Assembly (NCBI GenBank): GCA_008080735.1
Contig: SHMW01000067.1
Span: forward strand, 7,266-24,795
Length of the DNA: 17,530 bases
Source: Promethearchaeota archaeon
Lineage (GTDB): Archaea > Asgardarchaeota > Lokiarchaeia > Sigyniarchaeales > SOKP01
Reading direction: 5' to 3'
Shown: positions 1 to 7,730 of the stretch, piece after piece
Position numbering within the stretch: the stretch's first letter is position 1
Layout: every line of letters begins with the position of its first letter
The notes under the pieces: model-generated
Databases searched by the model: none
Told to the model about the DNA's origin: nothing
What the model saw: the letters and a program-made list of their open reading frames with translations, nothing else
Position numbers and translations under genes: made by a program

Positions 1-68
1 AATATGGCATAGAACTAATTTAATATAGAAATATCAAAAAAAAATATATTATTTGACAGAAGTTTAAA

Positions 69-590
69 ATGAGCGAAGAATATAAGCGTTTTACTGTTTC
101 ACTACCAAAGGAACTCTATGAAGAGTTTGAAACCTTTCGAAAAAGGCTGAATGTCTCTCGTTCCGATGCGGTTCGTAAAGCAATGCATAGATATATGGCA
201 ATTGAAGAGACCTTTCAAGAATCTGGAGGAGATGTGGTTGGTAGTATCGTGATGATAATGAGCCATCAGCATATAGAAGAGGAGCATGATCACATTCATG
301 AAGATGATACAGATATGCATGACCATGATTTTAGTTCTAGACCAATCTATGCGAATGTTCATCAGACGGATCTTATCTTAAACAATGATATTCAACACCA
401 TTTTGCTGATGTGATTATCTCAACGATGCATGTTCATATAGAATACGATAAATGCGTGGAAATCATTGCTGTCTCCGGAGATTATAGTCGTATTAAAAAG
501 CTAAAACAAGATTTGGAAAGATTAAAAAGCGTTCTCTCCATTCAGCTATTTATTATCGATAAGGAAATTGAAGCTGATATCCCAGATTGA
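69..590 (+). CDS. nikR: NikR-family nickel-responsive regulator (ribbon-helix-helix + metal-binding ACT-like domain) with His/Asp/Glu-rich insertion
   Basis: N-terminal RHH 'KRFTVSLPKELYEEFE...SRSDAVRKAM'. C-terminal 'DIQHHFADVIISTMHVHIEYDKCVEII' carries the H/H-x-H/C nickel ligands equivalent to E. coli NikR H76, H87, H89, C95. Confidence 0.88.
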   Translation: MSEEYKRFTVSLPKELYEEFETFRKRLNVSRSDAVRKAMHRYMAIEETFQESGGDVVGSIVMIMSHQHIEEEHDHIHEDDTDMHDHDFSSRPIYANVHQTDLILNNDIQHHFADVIISTMHVHIEYDKCVEIIAVSGDYSRIKKLKQDLERLKSVLSIQLFIIDKEIEADIPD

Positions 591-1023
591 TTTCTACATA
601 ATGATTTTTCTTTGGAAGTTAAAAAAAAAGCAAAAGAAGAAAGAAAAAGAGAAAAACAAATAATAAGATCCTTGTGAAGAGTTTCACAGCAAAAGGGTTA
701 AATTAGTTAGGCGATTTGTTTGGAACTTATATTTGTTCTCTATTCTAAGATTGTGTGTGTTATTTAAAATAAGAATATCTTGCTATTTATAAAGAAAGAG
801 TATGGAAATTTTGTAATTTTCTGAATTTTTGAAGATAAATATTATAAGTTTTAAAAAATATTTTGCAAAAAAATGTTTACGATCTAAAAGAAGACCAGCT
901 CGGAATGAATATGATTTTCCTGATTAGTGTTTTTCAACAAACGTAGGAAATAGGGTTAAGAAGAATTTAAAGGTTAAGGTAATATGAAAAAAAAGATTAG
1001 AAAAATTTTTTATCTAGATATAT

Positions 1024-1218
1024 TTAGAGATCTTTTTCTTGGACTGTCTTTCTACCATTTGCTTTTGCTCGTTCGACCGCTTTATCAAGAATGTCAATAA
1101 TTCTGTTGTTAAGCGAGTCTCCGTCAATAACATCTCCACTAGTGTTGCAGTCCTTGCTTTTAATATAATCTCTTACTTTAGATTTCACGAAGAGAGTATC
1201 TACTTCTTTTTTAGCCAT
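1024..1218 (-). CDS. Histone-fold protein, alpha3-truncated type (Bd0055/HBb- or face-to-face-like)
   Basis: 64 aa, with 'LFVKSKVRDYIK' (alpha1), 'NTS' (L1) and 'AVERAKANGRKTVQEKDL' containing the RKTxxxxD histone R-D clamp. The protein ends just after the Asp. GGAGG Shine-Dalgarno upstream. Confidence 0.88.
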   Translation of the reverse strand: MAKKEVDTLFVKSKVRDYIKSKDCNTSGDVIDGDSLNNRIIDILDKAVERAKANGRKTVQEKDL

Positions 1219-1228
1219 TTTTTTTATT

Positions 1229-1233
1229 CCTCC
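1229..1233 (-). promoter_or_regulatory. Shine-Dalgarno (GGAGG) of the histone gene
   Basis: cctcc on + reads GGAGG on -, about 10 nt upstream of the ATG at 1218. Confidence 0.7.
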
Positions 1234-1298
1234 AATTGTAATTTTTGATTTATATTTTTTTAAATTGATATTTATTACTATTTAATCTATTTTACTCA

Positions 1299-1306
1299 TA
1301 TTTAAA
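1299..1306 (-). promoter_or_regulatory. Candidate archaeal TATA box (TTTAAATA) for the histone gene
   Basis: TTTAAATA on - with a purine-rich stretch upstream. The AT-rich background limits confidence. Confidence 0.3.
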
Positions 1307-1599
1307 GTCTACGATTCTTTCATCAAAGAATGATATTAAATGGTTCATAATTACATTTTGTGAGAAAGCACAATCTTAAACCTCCTAATCCAAAAATATT
1401 GCATTTCTAAAATATGTTCTGAAAGCCCTAAAATAGTAAATTTGGGAAAAGTATACATAAATAAAGAGCATGAGCATTCAAATTTCAATTATTTGATTTA
1501 CCTATTTTTTTTGCCGTAACTAGCATAGAAATTTGGTAAGATCTTTAAAACGAATCTTAATTTTACATATCAAAAAAGAAGTCATTTAGAAATAGTATT

Positions 1600-3441
1600 A
1601 TGATAAAACAGATTCTTAATGGGAAGTGGAAATGCAAACCCGATGTTGATAATGTAGGTCTCACGGCTGAATGGTTTAGACCAAAATTATATGATGAAAA
1701 TGATTCAGAATTACTCAATATCGAAATTCCCAATAGTTTTAACACTTTGAAAGGATATGAGATTTATGAGGGTATTTTTTGGCATTTTTTCGAATTTGCT
1801 ATAGAAGAGAAGAATCTCTCTGAGATTTCTTTATTCAGATTAAAGTTCAATGGAAGTAATTATAATACGATGGTTTGGCTAAACGGTAAGTATTTAGGAG
1901 AACATAATGGAGGTTTTACACCATTTCATTTCAATGTGAAAAAATTTAATGCAGAAAAAACCCTCTTGGCAGTGCGCGTTGAAAATATAAGGAAGAAAAA
2001 CAGAATCCCCGCTATTTCATTTGATTGGCTCAATTGGGGGGGCATTTATAGAGATGTCGAATTACTTTATATGAGGAAGAATCGAATCAAGGATGTTGTT
2101 ATTAAAACCGAGCTGGAATCCAGAAAAAAGAGCATTATAAAAATTTCTTACGAAATCATTGGAGAATTGTCTCTAAGGTGGGAAATCGAAGATATAGCAC
2201 TTAATAAAATACTATTTCAAGGAAAGATCTCAAAAATTTCGGGATTGGGAGGATTCAATCTCACATTTCACAATCCAGAACTCTGGTCGCCTAATAATCC
2301 ATATTTATATTATCTCAAAATATTCAATCAAGAATCTGATGAATTGATTTATGAATCTTCATTCGGTATCCGAGAGATAAAAGTTGATGGGAAATATATT
2401 TTTCTGAATAAGAAGAGAGTTTTTCTAAAAGGAGCAAGTTTACACGAAGAATTAATGCCGTTCGGAAGAACTATTCCGTATGAAGAACGAGAGAATGATA
2501 TAAAATCTATGAAATCTCTTGGCTTTAATGCTTTACGCACTGCCCATTATTCTCATGATGAGGATTTAATTGAAATCGCCGATAAAGAGGGTATGCTCAT
2601 TCTTGAGGAAATTCCTGTATATTGGGCCTGCAATTTTAAAAGTAATGACACGTTTCACACTGCTGCGAAGATGATGAGAAATCTCATAAAGAGAGATATT
2701 AATCATCCTTCTGTGATTTGGTGGAGTGTCGGGAATGAAATTCCAATTGAGCGTCCAGAGGTCTCAAAATTTATAAAGCGGTTAATGGATTGGGTGCGGA
2801 TGCATGATGATACGAGATTAGTCACCTATGTATCTATGAAATTATTTACGGATCTGACTCGGAGATATGCAGATGTGGCAACGATTAATTTTTATTTTGG
2901 GTGGTATGTCGGAAGCACTCGAATGATCAGTCTGATGTTAGATGTAATGCGCACCCCTACTTTTAATAAACCTTGGATATATACAGAGTTTGGAGCGGGT
3001 GCAAAATATAAATTTTATGATGAGTGGGAAAATCAAACCAAATTTAGTGAAGAAAAACAACTTCACGTTTTAGACTATTCGATTCGAACTTTCAACGCTA
3101 AAGAATATTTGGCAGGATGGTTCATTTGGATTTATAGGGATTTTCGCTCTTTTTTAAGACAGAACGAATATCAGCAAGGGTTTAATAGAAAAGGGATTGT
3201 CAGCGAAAAAAATGAAAAGAAACTAATTTATCATCGGATTCCGAAAATTATCAATAAAAGACGTAAATTATTAAATACCAAACTTCTGGGAATATTTTTG
3301 TGGATAGTCCTCTATATCCCTGCCTATATTTTAACATACCTTATTTTAGATGCGGGAATTATTTTTGGAGATACTAAAACCATTGAAAAGAAAAAATTGA
3401 TTGATAAGGAACGAATTTTAAATGAATATAGAAACCAATAA
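1600..3441 (+). CDS. Glycoside hydrolase family 2, beta-glucuronidase/uronidase-like, with C-terminal hydrophobic membrane segment
   Basis: GH2 motifs 'WLNGKYLGEHNGGFTPF', 'FDWLNWGGIYRDV', 'FGIREI', 'RTAHYSH'. Acid/base 'WSVGNE', nucleophile 'TEFGA'. GUS-type 'NFYFGWY' and 'FNRKG' (N-x-K-G). Confidence 0.92.
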   Translation: MIKQILNGKWKCKPDVDNVGLTAEWFRPKLYDENDSELLNIEIPNSFNTLKGYEIYEGIFWHFFEFAIEEKNLSEISLFRLKFNGSNYNTMVWLNGKYLGEHNGGFTPFHFNVKKFNAEKTLLAVRVENIRKKNRIPAISFDWLNWGGIYRDVELLYMRKNRIKDVVIKTELESRKKSIIKISYEIIGELSLRWEIEDIALNKILFQGKISKISGLGGFNLTFHNPELWSPNNPYLYYLKIFNQESDELIYESSFGIREIKVDGKYIFLNKKRVFLKGASLHEELMPFGRTIPYEERENDIKSMKSLGFNALRTAHYSHDEDLIEIADKEGMLILEEIPVYWACNFKSNDTFHTAAKMMRNLIKRDINHPSVIWWSVGNEIPIERPEVSKFIKRLMDWVRMHDDTRLVTYVSMKLFTDLTRRYADVATINFYFGWYVGSTRMISLMLDVMRTPTFNKPWIYTEFGAGAKYKFYDEWENQTKFSEEKQLHVLDYSIRTFNAKEYLAGWFIWIYRDFRSFLRQNEYQQGFNRKGIVSEKNEKKLIYHRIPKIINKRRKLLNTKLLGIFLWIVLYIPAYILTYLILDAGIIFGDTKTIEKKKLIDKERILNEYRNQ

Positions 3442-3451
3442 GCAGTACCAA

Positions 3452-3475
3452 ATTTTTTTATTCTTTTCCTTTTTT
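3452..3475 (+). terminator. Candidate archaeal oligo-T terminator after the GH2 gene
   Basis: Successive T tracts (ttttttt, tttt, ttttttt) directly after the stop codon. Confidence 0.4.
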
Positions 3476-3586
3476 AAAAAGGGATTTTATCATTCTTATT
3501 TAAATAATAAATTTTGCTTTTTTCAATGAAATTTAGCTTTCTATAATAAGAGTGGTTTTTTTATAGTTCAATAATATAAAAAAGAT

Positions 3587-4393
3587 GTGACAGTAGAAAA
3601 TAGTTCGAAATTAGTTCAAAATATAAACACCTTCCAAGAAGATATTAAAATTCACTATTTCTTCATTTTTAATAATGCTGGGATGTGTCTGTATGCTAGA
3701 AATTATACTAATCAATACGAAATGAAAGATAATTTAATCACCGCATTTTGTTCTGCTTTAATTTCGTTCTCTTTAGAGATGGTGGGCAAACAAGTTAAAA
3801 TAATAGAGATGGAACAGTTAAAGATTATTATCATCCAAAGAGATGATTTTTTTTATGGATTTTTATGTGATGTGCATGTGAACTTACTTCTTTTAGAAGA
3901 TTATGTTAACAAGATAGATATTAGAGTCCGAAAATTCATTGAGGAAAAAAAAATCAATACAAACATCCAAAATGTCCATCATAATACTATGAATAAGTTT
4001 ATTGATAATTTAGTTTCCAATAATGGTTCTTTCAAAGAAAATAAATCAATAGAATATTCAATAATTAGATATCTCAATGATTTTATTCATAATAATGAAT
4101 TAGAAGGGCTAGTGCTCCTCAATAATAGAGGAAAGATTGTCTATAGCTCGTTAAATTCGATAAATTTAAAAAATTTATTGCGGGAGTTGGATTTTAGGAT
4201 TCAAATTTGCAATAATTCGATTTTAAAACTTTTTTACTCATCTAAGAATGAGCTTATCTATTCTGAATATATAAATGACCAATATTTTATCGTGCTCATT
4301 TTCGATATCAAAAAAACCACATTGGGTATGGCAGAATATCATTTGAAAAAAGTAATTAAAAAAATTAATTCAATTCTTCTAAAACATTCTTAG
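3587..4393 (+). CDS. Longin + roadblock/LAMTOR-like two-domain protein (Asgard eukaryotic-signature type)
   Basis: N-half 'IHYFFIFNNAGMCLYARNY...LITAFCSALISFSLEM...VKIIEMEQLKIII' has a longin pattern. C-half 'LEGLVLLNNRGKIVYS...YFIVLIFD...TLGMAEYHLKKVIKKI' has a roadblock pattern. GTG start. Confidence 0.7.
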   Translation: MTVENSSKLVQNINTFQEDIKIHYFFIFNNAGMCLYARNYTNQYEMKDNLITAFCSALISFSLEMVGKQVKIIEMEQLKIIIIQRDDFFYGFLCDVHVNLLLLEDYVNKIDIRVRKFIEEKKINTNIQNVHHNTMNKFIDNLVSNNGSFKENKSIEYSIIRYLNDFIHNNELEGLVLLNNRGKIVYSSLNSINLKNLLRELDFRIQICNNSILKLFYSSKNELIYSEYINDQYFIVLIFDIKKTTLGMAEYHLKKVIKKINSILLKHS

Positions 4394-4513
4394 TTTGGAA
4401 AAACTCCCAAATCGCAATTAATTGTGTTTAAAATATAATGTTTATTTTCTAAAAAAATCAATTTAAAATATTATATCCTCCAATTCAACTTAAATTATTA
4501 TTACTGATTCTTT

Positions 4514-5017
4514 ATGTCAAAAATAGAAAAAGATTTAAAAGAGGCATTTGCAGGAGAGAGCCAAGCTAACCGAAAATACCTGGCTTTTGCCGAAAAAGCT
4601 GAGCGAGATGGATTTCCCCAAATTGCTCGAGTTTTTAAAGCTGCTGCAGCGGCAGAAACAGTACATGCTCATAATCATCTACGCGCTATGGGTGGGATTA
4701 AGTCAACTTTAGAAAATATTAAAGAAGCTATCAACGGAGAACATTATGAATTTACGAAAATGTACCCAGAGTTCTTAGACGATGCTAAGGATGAGGATCA
4801 TAAGCAAGCCATAAGAACTTTCGATTATGCTAACCAAGTTGAGAAGATACATCATGAACTATATACTAAAGCATTAGAGGCTGCGGAAAAAGGAGAAGAT
4901 CTCGAGGAACAAGAGATGTATATTTGTCCCGTATGTGGGTATACAGCGGAAGGTGAAGCTCCCGATGAATGCCCTGTATGCGGTGCGAAAAAGAAAGTAT
5001 TTAAAAAAATCGAATAA
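4514..5017 (+). CDS. rbr: Rubrerythrin
   Basis: 'AFAGESQANRKY', ETVH and EKIH diiron ExxH motifs, 'GEHYE', and a C-terminal rubredoxin domain CPVC...CPVC. Confidence 0.96.
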   Translation: MSKIEKDLKEAFAGESQANRKYLAFAEKAERDGFPQIARVFKAAAAAETVHAHNHLRAMGGIKSTLENIKEAINGEHYEFTKMYPEFLDDAKDEDHKQAIRTFDYANQVEKIHHELYTKALEAAEKGEDLEEQEMYICPVCGYTAEGEAPDECPVCGAKKKVFKKIE

Positions 5018-5051
5018 GGTTTACTCATCTCTATTTTTTTTTCTGTTATTA

Positions 5052-6638
5052 TCAAAATGTCCATGGATTAAAGCAATTATGAATCTTTTGAAAATACTCA
5101 TTGATGCTGAAATTTAACATTTTTTCCGCTCTTCGAAGGGCCCCTAAGTTTGCACCATTACTATAATATTCTAAAAGCAAGTCAGAAACAGTTTCATCTC
5201 CAAGAGAGAAAAGAGTTTGTAATCGAGCGTTCTTCACGATATTATTTGTATCTCCAATTTTTAATTTGACACTAAATAGGTCTTTAAGTTCATCTTTAAT
5301 TTTAGCTAATTTTTCGTTCAGATTTGAGAGATCATTTTCAAAATAGTAATCTACTTTTTTTTCATAGGGTGTGTTTAGTTTCGGAATGAGGGGATTGATA
5401 CTAATTCTAATCGAATCTTTGCTAAATCCAGATCTCTCTAATTTATTAATGAAATTAATTGTATCGATAATCTCATTCTCACTCTCATTTGGTAAGCCTA
5501 CTAAAAAGTACATTTTAATGTTTCTTATTTCAGACTCTCTAATTTTAAGGACTATATCAAAGAGTTGATCATCCGTAATTCTCTTTCCTAATTCAAATCG
5601 AAGTTTTTCTGAGCCAGATTCAGGAGCAATGGTAATAGTTTTAATATTTCCTCTTTCTAAAACCTCAATAGTCTTTGAAGTGATGTGATCTATTCGAATG
5701 GAAGGAATAGATAGGTTTTTTTCTAGCTTAATAATACATTCACATATTTCTAAAAATTGTGGATGAGAAGAAACACAAGAACCAATCAGACTTATTTTTT
5801 CAATATCTAACTCTCTAACAGCCTCTATAAGTATTTGCTTAATTTTTGTAAAGCTTCGATTTCTAAAAGGGCGGTTATGATGAGAAGAGATACAAAATTT
5901 GCATTGATACGGACACCCTCGGTTTATTTCTACAAAATAGGCATCTTGGAACCCAGAGGCAGAATCTTTCTCTTTTGCCATTATTTGATAAATAGGAATT
6001 GATGAATCATTAAGATCTTTTACAAATACTCTCTTTGTTTCATTTTTAAGATGAGGGATATAAATACCATTAATTTTCTTTAAATCTTTGTATAATTTAT
6101 TGATATTTTGTGTATCAAATTTAAAATTCATAAAATATTGTAGAAATACATCTAAATTGGGTTCAGCGTCTCCGATAAAGAAGATATCAAATATTTTCGA
6201 TAGCGGAAGAGGATTTGAAGTTGCCACGGGACCTCCCCCGATAATGAGAGGATAATAGAACTCATCGTGCTTTGAACTATCACATCTTTCGGTTCTCGAT
6301 AGGGGTATTCCAGATTTTTCTAATATCCATAAAATATTCCTAAAATCATTCTCAAACTGAATAGAAAAACCTAAAATGTCAAAATCTCTTGGTAACAAAT
6401 GATTCTCTAGACTTCTAATAATATCAATAGATTGATAATCCTTAGATGCGGGATATTTTATCTTTTGAGGAAGGAATACTCGTTCACAGGCTATATTCTC
6501 AAAAGAATTAAGATAGGAATACAAAAATCGAATAGAATATGAAGACATTCCAACAGAATAACTATTTGGATAAATTAATCCGAATTTTATATCAATATTG
6601 CGTAAATCTTTCACAAAAGTATTGTATTCCCCAAGCAT
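5052..6638 (-). CDS. Radical SAM protein with N-terminal B12-binding-like domain (resembles the TIGR03960 family), function unknown
   Basis: CxxxCxxC in 'EINRGCPYQCKFC'. Also 'YPNSYSVGMS', 'FDILGFSIQFEND', 'IIGGGPVATSNP...FIGDAE', 'TIAPESGSEKLR', 'KMYFLVGLPNE'. Confidence 0.9.
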   Translation of the reverse strand: MLGEYNTFVKDLRNIDIKFGLIYPNSYSVGMSSYSIRFLYSYLNSFENIACERVFLPQKIKYPASKDYQSIDIIRSLENHLLPRDFDILGFSIQFENDFRNILWILEKSGIPLSRTERCDSSKHDEFYYPLIIGGGPVATSNPLPLSKIFDIFFIGDAEPNLDVFLQYFMNFKFDTQNINKLYKDLKKINGIYIPHLKNETKRVFVKDLNDSSIPIYQIMAKEKDSASGFQDAYFVEINRGCPYQCKFCISSHHNRPFRNRSFTKIKQILIEAVRELDIEKISLIGSCVSSHPQFLEICECIIKLEKNLSIPSIRIDHITSKTIEVLERGNIKTITIAPESGSEKLRFELGKRITDDQLFDIVLKIRESEIRNIKMYFLVGLPNESENEIIDTINFINKLERSGFSKDSIRISINPLIPKLNTPYEKKVDYYFENDLSNLNEKLAKIKDELKDLFSVKLKIGDTNNIVKNARLQTLFSLGDETVSDLLLEYYSNGANLGALRRAEKMLNFSINEYFQKIHNCFNPWTF

Positions 6639-6667
6639 TTATCTCCCATTATAAACAAGAAAAAGAA

Positions 6668-7486
6668 TTAATCTTTTTCTATTTGACTTTCTCCTGATTC
6701 TGCTGAGACTTGAATCTTTTTTATCTCTTCTACAATCAGAGGTAAGACCATCCCAGTCTTATGGCGAATAACTACTTCCGCTCTCTCATCGAGATGGGTC
6801 GGTCTATCATTCACAATAATTAATTTTCCTCCATTGCCTAATGTATATAAGGGTAAATCCGCGATAGGATCTACGGATAATGATGAGCCGGCAATTAACA
6901 TAACATCAGCATTTCCTGCTAATGCTTGTGATTGATAGATTTCGAAGGTAGGCAATGCTTCTCCGAAAAGAACGACGGAGGGTTTTAGTGGTGCGGAACA
7001 GACATCACATTGAGGAGGATAATGTTTCTCCTTTTTCAGTTTTCTCATGACTTGGTCCTTTGTATAACTTGCTCTACATCCGAAGCAAGTGAAACGATTA
7101 ATATTTCCGTGAACCTCGTATACGATAACGGAACCTGCCTTTTGATGTAGCTCGTCAATATTTTGTGTGATCACAGCTTTAACAATATCCATATCTTCTA
7201 ATTCTGCCAAAGCAATGTGCCCTGGATTTGGATCGGCGGAAAACAATTTAGGGGCAACTCTCTCTGCCATCTTCCAAAAACGTTTGGGGTTTTTTAAAAA
7301 TGCTTTAAATGAGCCATAAATCTCAGGCTTATACTTCTCCCAAATCCCCCCCTCACCTCTGAAGTCAGGGATACCCGATTCAGTGGATACTCCCGCCCCA
7401 GTCAACGCGATTGCATCAGTAGAATTTAGCAATAATTCTGCAGCTTTATGGATCTTTTTTCGTTCTGCTAACTTAACTATTTTCAT
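6668..7486 (-). CDS. cobB: NAD-dependent protein deacylase (sirtuin, Sir2/CobB family)
   Basis: 'TGAGVSTESGIPDFRG', 'TQNIDELH', catalytic 'EVHG', Zn ligands CFGC/CDVC, 'KPSVVLFGE', 'GSSLSV'. Confidence 0.96.
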   Translation of the reverse strand: MKIVKLAERKKIHKAAELLLNSTDAIALTGAGVSTESGIPDFRGEGGIWEKYKPEIYGSFKAFLKNPKRFWKMAERVAPKLFSADPNPGHIALAELEDMDIVKAVITQNIDELHQKAGSVIVYEVHGNINRFTCFGCRASYTKDQVMRKLKKEKHYPPQCDVCSAPLKPSVVLFGEALPTFEIYQSQALAGNADVMLIAGSSLSVDPIADLPLYTLGNGGKLIIVNDRPTHLDERAEVVIRHKTGMVLPLIVEEIKKIQVSAESGESQIEKD

Positions 7487-7567
7487 TTTTTCTTCAAGCT
7501 TTTTCTATATTCGACCCTAATTTTGTTTGAGAGATCGTAGAGTCAAGTGTATGAATACTATAATTGT

Positions 7568-7621
7568 AAAAACTATTTTAATTAATATTTTTAGTGGTGA
7601 TATTTTAAAAAACTATTTTAA
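7568..7621. repeat. 14-bp direct repeat AAAAACTATTTTAA x2, 40 bp apart, in a divergent promoter region
   Basis: Copies at 7568-7581 and 7608-7621. Confidence 0.6.
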
Positions 7622-7730
7622 ATTTCTACTGTAGGTAACATTCTACAAAAAAATGGAAAGAATTTAATAGGGTCTATAATTTTTCAATTAAATAGCCTAT
7701 ACAATTACACTGATCTCACATAAGGTTAAA

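Noticed and set aside
601-663. 20-aa Lys-rich micro-ORF MIFLWKLKKKQKKKEKEKNK after nikR
   Set aside because: It arises from a low-complexity A-rich tract (T-rich on the minus strand, terminator-like) and has no ribosome-binding site.
916-950. TTTCCT...AGGAAA hairpin downstream of the histone gene as a possible eukaryote-like histone stem-loop
   Set aside because: It does not match the 6-bp stem/4-nt loop histone consensus and the pairing is weak.
7621-7636. AATTTCTACTGTAGGT resembling the Cas12a repeat handle
   Set aside because: Single copy, the loop is too short to fold, and there are no spacers or cas genes.
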